The position numbers and the translations under genes were made by a program. A stretch of DNA of 64,000 bases, from NCBI RefSeq assembly GCF_009914755.1, contig NC_060927.1. One strand, given 5' to 3'. Position 1 is the stretch's first letter; each line of letters opens with the position of its first letter. The notes beneath the pieces are model-generated. The model made no database searches. It saw only the letters and a program-made list of their open reading frames with translations, and was not told the DNA's origin. Origin of the DNA: the human T2T-CHM13v2.0 reference genome, Homo sapiens. Of the stretch, positions 26,275 through 39,560 are shown one piece after another.

Positions 26275-26710
26275 CCTTCACTCAACACACATTTATTAAA
26301 TATCTGCTGTGTTCCAGAATCCTTGACAGGCACTGAGAATACAAAGACCAATAAGGCATGCACTCTGCAGTCAAGGACCTCACAGCCCAGGAGGGAGGAC
26401 AGACAAGTAAATAAAGTATTGCAAGACACTATTATAAGTGGCGGAACAAAGCAGGAACTTATCAACTCTGTTCTAAAAGTCAGGGAAGGCTGGGATTATG
26501 AGGGGTAAGAAGGAAATAAGGCAGATGAAGGAAATTGGAAAGACAGTGGCAGCCAAAGAGAATGTACAAAGCCCCAGAAGCATGAAAGAGCATTACACAT
26601 TTATGAAACTGTAAAGTTTCAATTTCCCCTTTACTAAAATATGAGATGCACATTGGGAATACATAAAATGAAGCAGAGACATAATCTTGATCACTGACCT
26701 TCAGGGGCTC
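26275..26710 (-). mobile_element. L2
   Basis: ttcactcaacacacatttattaaatatctgctgtgttccag... Confidence 0.75.
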
Positions 26711-26876
26711 AATCTGATGAAAGAAAAACACACATATGATTAATCTCAATGGTTATGCGGAAAATTAAGAAAAAATTCCACACTGTATGACCTCATCTAC
26801 AGAATTTTTTTTAAAACTATGTAAAAAAGTGACTAGAAACAAAAGAGAAACAATCCAATTTTTAAATGGGCAAAGA

Positions 26877-27379
26877 TGTTTATAGCAGCACAATTCACAA
26901 TAGCAAAACTATGGAACCAGCCCAAATGCCCATCAACCAACGAGTATATGTGGATAAAGAAAATGTGGTATATATATATACACCATGGAATACTACTCAG
27001 CCATAAAAAGGAACTAAATAATGGCATTTGCAGCAACCTGGATGGAATTGGAGACCCTTATTCTAAATGAAGTAACTCAGGAATGGAAAACCAAACATCA
27101 TACGTTCTCACTCGTAAGTGGAGCTAAGCTATGAGGACACAAACATTCTCGCTCATAAGTGGAGCTAAGCTATGAGGACACAAAGGTATAAGAATGATAC
27201 ATTGGACTTTGGGGACTACAGGAAAAGGGAGGGAGGTGAGGGATAAAAGACTACAAATTAGGTACGGTGTACACTGCTTGGGCGATGGGTGCACCAAAAT
27301 CTCAGAAATCGCCACTAAAGAACTTATTCATGTAACCAAACACCACCTGTTCCCCAAAAGCCTATTGAAATAAAAGAAA
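26877..27379 (+). mobile_element. L1PB (L1PB1-like) 3' end inserted into an older L1M
   Basis: gctaagctatgaggac...gataaaagactacaaatt...caccacctgttccccaaaag cctattgaaataaa. Confidence 0.85.
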
Positions 27380-27499
27380 TTGGATAAAATCTTAAAAAAT
27401 AATAGTGTTAAAATTAGATGTGGTATTCAAACCTCCTGATTTGGGTAGTGGTGCATTTTCACCCAAAGTTGAATTACAAGGAAAGTACCAAAAAAAAAG

Positions 27500-28345
27500 T
27501 TAAAACGTGGGCAAAGAATTTGAAAAGATATCTATCCAAAGAAAACATACAAAGGAGAAATAAGTACATGAAAAGGTGCTGAACATCATTAGTAATTAGG
27601 GAAATGCAAATAAAAACCACAGTAAGATACTACTTAACACATGCTAGGATGGCTATTACTAAAACTTAAAAAAAAAAACCCAGAAAATAACAAGTGTTGG
27701 CAACAATATGGAGATATCAAAACCCTCATGCATTGCAGCTGGGAATGTAAAATGGTGTGACTACTGTGGAAAACAGTTTGATGGTTTCTCAAAAATTTAA
27801 ACATAGAATTACTATATGGACCCATAATTCCATTTCTAAGTATATACTCAAAAGAATTTAAAACAGGAACTCTAACAGACACTTGAAGACCAATGTTCAT
27901 AGTGGCATGAGTCACAATAGCCAAAAGGTAGAAACAAGTGTTGACCAGCCAATGAACAAAGTAAATACATACAATAAAATATTATTCAAGGATAAAAAGG
28001 AATTAAGTTATGACACACGCTACCCTGTCAATAAACTTTGAAAATATTATGCTAAGTGAAATAAGGCAGAAACAAAAGGCCAACATTGTATGGTTCCACT
28101 AATAGGAGCTATTTTGTGTAGGCAAATCGACAGAGACAGAAATTAGAATAGAGGTTACCAGGGGCTGGAGGGAATGGGGAATAGGGAGTTATCGCTTAAT
28201 AGTTACAGAATTTCTGGTTGAGATAATGAAACACTCTAGATAGTTGTGATGGTTATACAAGATTATGAATGTATTTCGTGCCACTGAATTTTACACTTAA
28301 ACATGGTTAAAATAGTAAATTTTATATTTTACCACAAAAAAATTT
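27500..28345 (+). mobile_element. L1MB-type 3' end (continues from about 26715-26876)
   Basis: aacatcattagtaattagggaaatgcaaat...attatgctaagtgaaataagg...ggttaccaggggctgg...ttaccacaa. Confidence 0.85.
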
Positions 28346-29789
28346 TTTTAATAAGCAGTGGAAAAAAATGGAACATCTCTAAATATTAACAATGGTTTCT
28401 CTGTGTGATATGCACCCCCCACCTCATCTCTTACTTTCTCCACTTATTTGTATTCTTTTTTCCTTAATGAATATGTATTCTATGTTTTTAAAAACTCTAA
28501 ATTTTACTTTTCAAAAAGAAAGAAAACAAAAAAAAATATGGTAAGATTTTTTAAATCTATGTTTTAGCTATGTATGAAGTCCCTTGGGAATGGAGAGGCC
28601 ATCATCTAGATTGTACTAGGGCTGGCAACAACCTTGCAACCAGCTCGTTTGAGGACTAGAAAAATGTGGCTATGTGTCGTCTTGCCCTAGAAAACCTCTT
28701 GGAGGAGATGTAGCCTGAATCCGGATTATTGTGAGCCTTCTGCAAAGCTTTAGCTCTGCGCTGCAGCCCCATGTAGGCCAAGACGTCTACAGGCGCCAAC
28801 TTCAAAGAGACACTTCTCCCTTGGAATGCAGCTGCCCAGCTGGCCTGAAGGACTCTGCAGAGATTAGAAGAGTCAGATAACAACTTTCCACTGAATAGGA
28901 GGTGGGATGCAAACATCAGCTAGTTTCTTCCTGGGACTCCCTCTCCCTCAGGGCGAGGCCTTTGGCTGTGTAGGACCAAACATCAGGCACCAAGGCTTTT
29001 CCCATTTTGGGGAAAGGAGGGAAGCTAATTTTGTTGTATTAGCAACTGGCTTCTGGACCTTGCTCTCCTTCCCTTTGTCAGAGAGAAAGCACAAATGATA
29101 TTGTAGCCATGTATCTCAAACTTGGAACAAATAGTTTTAGAACTGGGCCCTGCCATGGAATTGGATCATCAAGCAAAGACCTAGAGCACTGCTAGTTTGC
29201 TCAGGGTTTTGTCTTGAGCTGGTCTGACTGAAGGGCAACTGAACTGCCAGGGGAGGACGGACTATGATGAGCTCCCAGGAAATCTGTCCCTGATGTTGAT
29301 GATACTCAGGATATTTCAAAAGAAGATAGGTTTAAACCACAAGGTGGGGAGATGTGGACCCCTAGCTTGAAAGCTCCTTAACTGTTAAGGGGCACATGTG
29401 GGAGACTTCTAAATAAGGTGCTGAAGATGAAAGTTGCCTTTTCTTCTAGGGTTGTATCAGAAGGTTGACTCTAGATTTAGTTCAGTTATAGCCCCAGGGA
29501 ATAAGCACCAACAGTGAAAACCTTCTCCTAGGTCTGAGAAAACTTATGGCCACACCCTTGAAAACTCAGACCACACCCTGAAATTCCACACCTTGGAATT
29601 TCATTCTTTTGCTTTTAAACTCTGCAGTCTCATAATTTCAGAATTGAACTAAGGGTTGGGACACAGATTTTTAACACAAAATCTTCATTTTCCCTGTGTT
29701 TTTCTCCTTTGAGATATCACACTTTCTACTGCAGGTATCTATATACATATAATAAACCTTGAATTTATTCTGTAAGGAAGCTCATCCCA

Positions 29790-30890
29790 CAAGGGACAAC
29801 AGAAAAGCCAGAGGGTGACATGTATTAAAGATGTAATATGTAAAAATGTGGCAGACCTGAAAAGCACACGTCTCCAAATTGAAAGGTACCACCAATGCCC
29901 GGCACAATAAATGGAGGTGGGAGAGAGAGAAAGGGCCCCACCCACAGGGCACACCATCTCAGTGAAATTGCAGAACATTGGGAGTAAAGAAAAAGTCCTA
30001 ACAGCTTTCAGAGAAGAAAAGTAAATCACATACAAAATTCAAAAATTAAAATGACATCAGACTCTTCAATAGCAACACTGGAAGCATGAAAAGAATGGAG
30101 TAGTTCCCTGGGAATTCAGAGGGAAGTAATTTTAATATGAAATTTTCTACCAGACGTATCAAAACTCAAGTGCACAAGCAAGAAGAAATATATTTTTCCA
30201 TATATATGGCTCAAGAAATATATATCCTATACACTCTTAATTAGGAAGTACATTGAGAATTCATTTTTAGCAAAACAAGAAAATAAACCAAAAAAAGAGT
30301 TTCCACTAAAGAAAGGTTAGAACAATCAGATATCTGATGTGATGAAATATTTGGAAAATATTAGTGATAGGCATTAGAGGGTTTTTTGAAATATTTGGAG
30401 TGGGGAAAATACATACATGGACCTACGCATAACAGTAAAAAAAGCAATAATTAACTCAAAAAAACCTGTAATCTTAGAACACTAGTCAACTTAGTAGTAA
30501 TATTTAGCGACAAAAACAAAGACTGACTATAGATTTAACCAAAGATTGTGACATATGAAGGGATGGGATATGGGGAAGTTTGGAGGATTTGTTTTTCAAG
30601 GATTTTAGGGGGTAAATTAGAGAGCTTAGTAACAGAAAATAAAGAGATTATGTTTAAAATGTGTTACATAAGCAATAGTAATATTAAGATGCTAGTTAGA
30701 AATGCAGAGAGAGTGTATATTTTAAAAGAAAAAGTCATTAAGAGTTGCAATGGATTGCCTCTGGGAGGTAGAAATGAAGAATGGAAGAGGGTTAGTTTAC
30801 TTTTAGTAATGTTTCATACCGTAAAAATAAGAAAAAAAGAAATAAACTATGTAAGTGTATTACTTTGGTTAACAAATATTTATTTTTAAA
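29790..30890 (+). mobile_element. HAL1 / old L1M ORF1-like element
   Basis: gtgaaattgcagaacattgggagtaaagaaaaagtcc...catcagactcttcaatagcaacactggaagc, followed by a long non-ORF2 3' region. Confidence 0.6.
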
Positions 30891-32546
30891 CCAGTGTATC
30901 AGATTTCATCAAAATCTGTAAGAATTCAAGTTTTTCCAGCCAGAATAAACAAATAGGAAATGCTGAACAGTTAGAGGCCCACCTCTCAGTTTAGTCGTTG
31001 GTTTCACAAAGGCAAAGAAACCAAATTTATCTTCCTTTTGTTATGACTTCCACACTGATTTTGACAAATTTCCCTTAGTGCCTGTGCTCCACTGCAAATT
31101 ACTTATTTTTCTGAGTCACTCTTGTCTAGACCACAAAAGCAGCCCCTGCACTGTGTGTGGCTGATGGGAATTGCAGGTTGTTCTCAGATTTGTTTGTACA
31201 GCACTTCTTCCCTTGCCCAAAGTATACATTATATGTGAATGAGGCTCGTCACAGCTCTGCATAATTACCGCATTTGGAGCCATTCTTCTCTTCAGAAGTT
31301 TTCCCCCCCTTTTCCTTTTGATTTCTTATATTTTGCAGCAACTGTCATCATTATTTTGATGCCATGGCTTAATAGCGCCTTCAAATGCAAATTTGACAAC
31401 ACAAGCTGAAAATCATGGGTGGCAAACAAAGCAACTAAACTTCCATGCCTGTGTTTTTTGAGAGCTCCACCTGATCTGTAAATGCACACGTTTTAGTAGC
31501 CAGCCCTGCTTACAACCTTCGTCTTTGTATTATAAGAAGAACCAGAATTTTCTGAAGATATTCTGCAAATCTAGGCTGTAAAATGGAGTTTCAATTCCTC
31601 TTACTCTGCTTTTTACAATTCTAACTTTGCAGATAGTTGAAATCCATCTGGAGGCTGTTTCCCAATGAACCTGTTCTCTTTGTATCATTTATCTATGAGT
31701 GATAAGTCAAATATTTCACAACCACAACTGCCCAGGCATTAGCCAAGCAAGCAGAGGAGCAGTCGGGCAGGAGCTCCTAGCCAGCACAAGCCTTCTACTT
31801 TTAGTTGCTGGACCATGGGAGAGGTGGTAGGGATGGGGGGTCTCTAGTCAGGGACTCGAGGGGCAACGATGGTGCTTGGGAGGCCAGAAGAGTAGCTGTA
31901 CCTAATTGACATGGAAGTATTTTAGTGTTTTGACCACCCATAGAGCAGTATCTATGCATAGTGAAATACCATTCCTGTGGGATTCCCATCCTGCCTGTAA
32001 TATAATTATAATATAGCTTCTTCTTCCTTCTGGTTTGTAAGTTTCTTGAGGGGATATTGAGACTCAGGTTCTTCTGTGTGACACCATGTTTCCTCTGGAT
32101 GAGTATATGAATGAGAAAATGAATGATGAATGACAAATTATTTCTCCTCCTTTGTGAGTCTAGCTTCCTTACTCTCATTTGAAAACATTTAAATGTTTCA
32201 GCTTACTCTCATTTCAACATTTCAGCTTACTCTCATTTGAAAGCTTTTCATTTGAAAACATACCGAAACTTAGGTAAAGAAGGACATTTCATAATCACAA
32301 ATGCAGTTCTTTGTGAGGACAAGAGATTTAGAAATAAACATTCAGGAATCAAACTATGCTCTTTTCTTGATAAAAGTTATCATTGTCTTAATAGATATTT
32401 GGGAGAAAGAGGAAAGTATACGCCTTGTACTTTGTTAGTTTTGTAGGCAGGTGTGGAATGCAATGGAAAAGATCTCATGCTAACCATTTTTCTTTTGAAA
32501 AAAAATGGAGATTTTATTGGCAGTGTTTTAATTTTGCAATATTTTA

Positions 32547-32848
32547 TTATTTTATTTTATTATTTTGGAGACAGAGTCCTGCTCTGCTGCCCAGGCTGGA
32601 GTGCAGTGGCACAATCTCAGCTCACTGCAGCCTTTGCCTTTTGGGTTCAAGTGATTCTCCTGCCTAGCCCCCAGAGTAGCTGGGACAACAGGCATGTGCC
32701 ACCATGCCCGGCTAATTTTTGTAGTTTTAGTAGAGACGGGGTTTCACCATGTTGGCCAGGCTGGTCTTGAACTCCTGGCCTGAAGTGATCCACCTGCCTC
32801 GGCCTCCCAAAGTGCTGGGATTACAGGCATGAGCCACCGCACCCAGCC
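32547..32848 (-). mobile_element. AluS (Sz/Sx-like)
   Basis: Full antisense Alu; perfect 18-bp TSD taattttgcaatatttta (32529-32546 / 32849-32866). Confidence 0.96.
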
Positions 32849-33694
32849 TAATTTTGCAATATTTTACATTTAAATTAATACAAGAGAATCAAACCATAAG
32901 CACCACACTGGTAACTCTGTTTTCTCTGCTGAAGCTAATTGAAGAACAGAGAGGGAGAGAAATCCATAAATTGTAAGGAAGAAATTAGACTTTTTTAAAA
33001 AATCAATTTCAGGACCTAAAAGTTATCAAGCTATAAGGATAAGGAATTGTAAAGGAATGTGATTTTTATCTAGGTCATAAAATTTACCGCTGTTTTCCTT
33101 TCTTAATTTAAATGTAGAAGTGATAGGCATCTACAATGTGCCAACCCAGCAGGATCTGAAACATGAATTCATCATAGGTTAAAACATTTATTTTTCATCC
33201 AGAGGGAAATTGGCATGAAATAAATTTATCAAGGGACTACACGTTTAAAGCATGCATTGCATGACTGCCTAGGACAAAAAGAGAATTCTAGTATATTAAA
33301 GTAATAATTCCTCTTGAACTATAGCTATTAATGTAAGATGATAGAAATAGACCAAAATAAACAATTTTCAAAGAAGAGACTGAGGCCAAAGTATCATCTT
33401 GCCTCTCCAATACTTTATTAGTTGTAGTTTGTAGTTTTAGCTACTCATGTTCTCAAAACAATTACCTAGAATTTTCTCAGCTCAATCTGAAACTGAGGGG
33501 AGTTAACTTATTGATATTACACTACTGATATGAATCAAATGAAGGCTGTTTCTTTCCAAGCAACTGACTGGTTTATTTAATGTAAGAACAGTTGATCATT
33601 TGAAGTAAATAGCAAATCACTGTAACTAGTATCCATTAGATTTCAGGATATTTTTCATTGTTCTTTAATAAGATTCTGAAAATAATTTGTGTTT

Positions 33695-33871
33695 CTCTAA
33701 TAACATGCTTCAGGAGCTACCATGTGCTAGACTATCACCACACTGAAAATGTAGACATAAAAAACAATCTGTCATTTTGGAACTCAAGACTTACTGTGGG
33801 GAACAGACAATTCCACAGATAATTTCAGCAAAACCTGAGAAATTTCATAACAAAAGAAACCCCGGCCCCAG

Positions 33872-33929
<58 letters not shown>

Positions 33930-34130
33930 GACTCTTCTCTCTGCTAAGGGTGGGAGATAGGAGTAACCAAGAGAAAGTCTCTTAAGCAACCCCTGAGCTT
34001 GCTAAGAAAGTTTGTAAGGAAATAGAGACATTAGCCAGGCAGGAAGGACATGCCAGAAAGAGGGAATGAAAACTCGGGAAATGCATGTGGAATTGCAAAA
34101 GCATAAACTCAGACTGGAATTCCTTAGAGA
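33695..34130 (-). mobile_element. L2, degraded
   Basis: gagctaccatgtgctag...ggaactcaagacttactgtggggaacagac. Confidence 0.55.
33873..33927. repeat. (CA)27 perfect microsatellite
   Basis: Uninterrupted CA run. Confidence 0.97.
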
Positions 34131-34589
34131 AAATCTAGTGTTTAAATTAATGAGACACACAGAGGCCCAAAATCTCCTTCTAGAAAAGTCATACAGAGTG
34201 AAATAATTAACATTTTCCTTTTGAGAGTTATCATTGCATTATATTCTTTGTTGCTTTCAATAAAACATATATGGAAAAATTCCCAAGGATTAGCTATAAA
34301 AATGCTTGGGAAAATGCCAGCATTGGCCATTACAAGATATTTCTATAATATTTAAAATTTCTGTCCCTGAGAGGGTAAATAAAATACTAAATGCTTATGC
34401 CCATAGAATTAAGACTGAAATGTGCTATATTTGAATATTTTTAGAAGAGTTACATGTAGTCCATCTATGTATCACAATGTGAACTCTTCAAAATTGTCTC
34501 TCCATAACAGTTTTCCCTATATAAATGGAAAATTGAAAAGCTAACATGAGTCATGTGGAATGTGCATTCCTTAGAAAGTAAAATAGTCT

Positions 34590-34790
34590 CATGTTCTCAA
34601 GTACCAAGTCCTCCTTCTGAGTCCAGCTAAGATTTGGACTGGCCTAGAAGATACAGACTGTCCTTGCCTCCTGCATTAATGAGATACACCTACATGATTT
34701 CCGTGTACCTCAATTTTTTGCTGTAAAATGAGACAGTAGACTGGATAACCTCTAAGGTCTCTCAGCTCTGTCACTCTACAAGATTTTCAT
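34590..34790 (+). mobile_element. MIR3-like
   Basis: ctgtaaaatgagacagtagactggataacctctaaggtc. Confidence 0.55.
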
Positions 34791-35228
34791 TTCATGCTTG
34801 ACATCCTAATGAGTTTCCCAACACCAGTCAATGAAACCACTTCTTTGGCAAGAGTCCCAGCTATGGAGATCAAGGGTCTTATTAATTGTAGCTTGCCTTG
34901 TCTCACCTGAGTCATAATCGTATTTCTCCACCCCTAAGTGGAGCACATTAGACCAATGCTCTTCTTTTAGGTTTTCACCTAGCAAGGGCTGCTCATTCAA
35001 CTACATCACCCCAAGCCCAAGTCAGAGTGCACAAAGAATATGAAAGACTTCAAGGTGGTAGACACCCAAAGCATTAAAAAACCTTTCTCCAGACAACCTC
35101 CTATGGCCCTATTATAGAGGAAAAAAAAAAAAAAAACAGCTAGAGGGGGTGCGATCTCTGCCATTTGATAGCGTTATGTTGTCTCCATTGAGCCTGTCCC
35201 ACTTAGTCTCTCCTGAGTGGGTCTAAAG

Positions 35229-35476
35229 CAGTGGTCCCAGGGTTTTTTGATCACATACCACCTCATCAATATATAAATACTTATATTCATTTATATATTA
35301 CATATGCATACGTATTTATGAATATTCACATAATATTGAACTATTAAATCATGTAGATAATAAAACAAACAAATAGAATCTTTAAAGTATGAGATTTTTA
35401 AAAATAGATGTTGAAGTTCCAATATTCTTTCTGAACTCTTGTGGATTATCTCGAGTGCCCTACTTTGAGACAATTG
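35229..35476. mobile_element. hAT-Charlie MITE (MER112-like)
   Basis: cagtggtccc...tactttgagacaattg; 8-bp TSD-like gtctaaag / atttaaag. Confidence 0.65.
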
Positions 35477-36239
35477 ATTTAAAGTGCTCTTCTGAATGAC
35501 CTAGACATTTACATAATTTATCTATTCTTCTTTAATCTTTTGTAATTCTCAACTGCTTATTAAAAATTGTAAAATATTTAAATTTCTTAAAATCCCCAAG
35601 TTTTGTTATTTTTGTGAGAGGCAGTCAGTTTTGCCTTTTTCTGTGAATGAAAGAGGTGAATGAAGGCCAAGTTTAGCAGGCACATATCAGATCAAATCAT
35701 TATTGTTAAAATTATTGATTCATCTCAGCTCTCCAAAATCTCACCCTTAGTCCTCATTTTTCTGTACCATTTATTGGATCTTAAATGTGTTTTTCTTCTT
35801 ATTGGAAAATCCTTTTTCACGTGCATGTGAGGCATAAGATAGTAATGCTGGTTTGGTAACAAACACTCCAGGAAGTATAGAATTGCATTTATTTTTATAA
35901 TCATATTTTATTTCCTTTTTTTGGTTTCTTTTTAATTCTGTCACCCATCTTAATTACTCAATTCATTTACTTGATTAAGCCATTAATAATTTTTAACCAT
36001 TTCCAAAAATCAGACCCATAGAAAAGGTGTGTTTTATGGCTAAATAACGGCAAATATTTAGCATCCTTGGGGCTATTTAAAACAATGTGTGCTAGAGTTC
36101 CAGCAGTAAATCCAAAGAGGTTTGACAGCATCTTTAACATCGGTGTATAAACAATTTATACATTAAAGGAACCATATGAGTCTATGGTTTGTAACAATCT
36201 ATTTTATTTCTTCATAGACCCCACTGTAGATGTTAGCCT

Positions 36240-36470
36240 CTCCACGTAGTTTGGAAGGTAATGGGGTGTACAGACAGAGGTTTTGGAGGACTTTAAACCA
36301 GAGTTCATCATTAATTATGTGACGCTGGACAACTGAATTGCTTAACCTCCTAGTCTCAGTTTCTTATTCTGAAAAATAGGACACTACCTCTTAACATGGT
36401 TGTAAAGACTGGGTGTTTATAAAGCTTGGTTCTGTGCCAGAAAAGAACAGATATTAAATGGCAAATATTT
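36240..36470 (+). mobile_element. MIR
   Basis: tgtgacgctggacaa...cttaacctc...ctcagtttctt. Confidence 0.65.
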
Positions 36471-37439
36471 TTGCTATGCTTTTAAATCCTTAAAGATTAT
36501 GATTTGTATCTTTTTTTCCCATTTAGTACAAAGCAAGTATCTTATCTGGAGTTAATGTTTAGAATTTTTCTATTGACTAATACAAGTAATCTGACACTTT
36601 GATAATTTTATTTAACTTCATAGGAGTAAATGATGTTCTGAGGGCCTGTTATATTTTAGAGATTAAAGATAAGATAGTTTGACAATATAACAGTAACAAC
36701 AAAAAGTCTGTTTGTGCAGGCCCGTCTGCTCTTCCAGCATACGGAACATTGATTCCCAGGGTATGAAGTTATCTGAGCTATGAGGTACAAATGAGAAATT
36801 GAGGTGCTCTAATCCTGATTCTACCAGCAACTGTGTATGATAGATCTGCAAATCCTTTCTCAGAGTCAATTCCACAATGCAGGTCTGAGTGTGGGCGGTC
36901 AAATCTAATCCTCTTCATTTGGTGACTTGCGTAATCCTCTGACCTCCATCTTTGGGGATAAACCTTATTTCTCAAGGGAAGCAGGGAATGTTGGTTTTTC
37001 TATCCATATATGGCCAGATTAGATTCAGTATGAGTGTGTATACGTGTACACACAAAAAAGGCAGAGATAGTCAACTTCATCTTCTACAACTCTCTGCCTT
37101 AATTTATGAGAAACTGGGCCTGAATTTTAATCATTCACCCCAAAACAAGAAAGCAGGTTACTGTAAAGGGCCAGGCCATGAGAAGGCACAGCGTCACAAT
37201 CAGATATGCAGAGAGGCTGTCTCCCCAAAACACAGCCCCAACTTTTCTGTTGGTTTCATTACCATTGACTGGCCAGGAAAGCCCACACTGCATGCCACCA
37301 TGGGGATTGATAGATGCTGTGGAAAGATCAGCTTCTCCAGCTGATAGTTCCCTGTGAGCAAAAATGCATATAAGGTTAATCAGCTCTGAAGCAGTTCTTG
37401 CCTACATTAGAAAGACAATGATTAAATTTGCATAATCTG

Positions 37440-37670
37440 GCAGGTGGCATGTCATGGTGGACACACATTTTTGACTTAGAATCAAATGACCTTCGTTGGA
37501 ATTCTGGTCATTTCATTTAATATCTATGTGAGCTGGAAAACGAAGCCTAAATTAGGGTATCCAACATTCTCATAAATTTTTTTAGGGGAGAACTGATTGA
37601 AAGAACAGAAGTTAACAATTCTCTAGACCATACCTGGTATGTAATAGCCATTCAATAGGTGTTGAATCTG
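37440..37670 (+). mobile_element. MIR, degraded
   Basis: gacttagaatcaaatgacc...tacctggtatgtaatagccattcaata. Confidence 0.55.
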
Positions 37671-38484
37671 CATTAAATAATAAAATGAAGTTCTTGTTTG
37701 GGTTTATACTCCTCTATCTCATCCCTCCAACATGGAAATTTGACAAAAATAATTTTAAATTCTGCTTGTAGAACAATTTATCATGGATTTGGATTTGTGA
37801 TCTTTTGGATAATAATTCAGTATTAATTATTTTACTGCATCAAAGATAGGTTTTAAAGATTTACCTCTGTATGAAATTTAATTATATTTGCATAGAGCTA
37901 TGCTCTGCAAAAGGCACTCCCATTTTCTCATTTGTTCCAAAGTTAATACAGTTATGCTCTTAAATTTTAGCATCAATTTCATGGAGATGAGTTTAAATGG
38001 TTTTCTGTGCCTGGATACGAACAGGGCTTTTTATTTTCAAATGTTCATTTGAAAATGGCAACATATCTTATAACCTACTGAGAAATGACACTCAAATAGG
38101 GCAGTGTTTCAAAGGAAATTCAGAAAAATTACAAGCATAGATTAAAGAACGAATGTCTGATATTTGCTTTGGCTCCTAAGTGAGTGTAATTCACCCAAAT
38201 GGGTGGCACATGTGCAGTTTACAGCACACTTGGAAATACTCAAAGGCCCACTCTTCACAGTGGATAACTTACCAAGAAACACAAACAAATGGTAGTCTCT
38301 AAGAAATAAAATATTGGTGCTGAATTCTTTATGGACAGTTTATTGTAGTACAAAGGAAGTCCACATTAAAGCAGAAGAAGGAAATGATTTTGTTATACTA
38401 ATACATTAGATGATTTTCATCACTTTTGATCCAACTTGAACTAGATCTTCAAACAGAGTTCATTTTTGCAGGCTTATTGTGTAA

Positions 38485-38715
38485 GCAGTGCAGCTGAGGG
38501 AAAATGTGGAGGAGATTTAGAGCCAGAGGACCTGGTTTTGAATCTCACTCACTTCTCCCACTTATGGACTCTGTGATCAGTGATTAAATTTATGGGGAGA
38601 CTGTTTCCCCATATGTAAAACGACAAAGCACCGCAAAAATTACCTCAACATTTATTAGGAGGATTAATGAGATAATACATATAAATAGCCCTCAATATAC
38701 TGTAAAGTGCTAAAT
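38485..38715 (+). mobile_element. MIR
   Basis: gagccagaggacctggttttgaatctc...gaggattaatgagataatacat. Confidence 0.7.
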
Positions 38716-39039
38716 AAACTGTAATTTCAGTGTAGTAATATTAGTATGAGTAGTGATAAGAGTAATACTGATATCGAGATTTTTATGTTGCCTTGATCTA
38801 AGTATGTATGACCCTATTATCCAGTCCAAATCCCCTATCCCTACATAGACAACCACCTCTGCCTCCAGGAAACTCCTTTCTGCACCTCCTTCAGGTTCAA
38901 GGCATAACAAATGTGACTCCTTATTCACATGGCATAACACCCAATATGTGAAGACTTCAGCTACATCCTCCTGTGGCTTCTCATCTCTGTTTAACTTCCT
39001 CTAAAATGTTCACAGATTACTCAAATGATATTGTTAATT

Positions 39040-39560
39040 TATTCATTCCATGAACAAACACTAGATTAAGGGTTATGATGTGGAAGGTTCTATGAAGGCA
39101 CTGCCAGACCACCTCTCCCAGATAAGCTGAGGTTCAAAACTCTAAGGCATAGGCAAAAAATAAAAATCACATCCAACATCTGAGGATATAAAATATTGGG
39201 GGACACAGGGACAGAGCTCCACATGCTCATGGGTTGCAGATTGTGAAGCCAATAGGAAAAATGGTGTTTTGAACCACCTTATAGTCAGCAAGCCAAGGAT
39301 GCTTGCCAGATAGGAGAGACTATGAGTACAAGGACTCAGAGACAGAAACAAAGGAGAGTGTCAGGTCTACAGTGTAGGGGGAGAACAGAGAGATGGCTGC
39401 GATTCTATAGAATTTAGACTGTTCTTGGGGAATGAGAGGAGATTTTTGGGGAAGGGGCTAGTCCTGCTTTAGTGGGAGGAGGGAGGTAAAGGTGAGTAAG
39501 CACTGAACATGAAGAAGAGTGGTAGTCAGATCTAGGGTGGTGAGGAAAGGGCTACTGGTT
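39040..39560 (-). mobile_element. L2, degraded
   Basis: ttattcattcc start and L2-like purine-rich body. Confidence 0.4.

Noticed and set aside
36952-37344. Longest ORF in the window (130 aa)
   Set aside because: Non-ATG start, no recognisable domain, no supporting splice or promoter context
37414-37436. ACAATG (SOX) near an ATTTGCAT octamer
   Set aside because: Order and spacing do not match the canonical SOX-OCT composite, and octamers are common in AT-rich DNA
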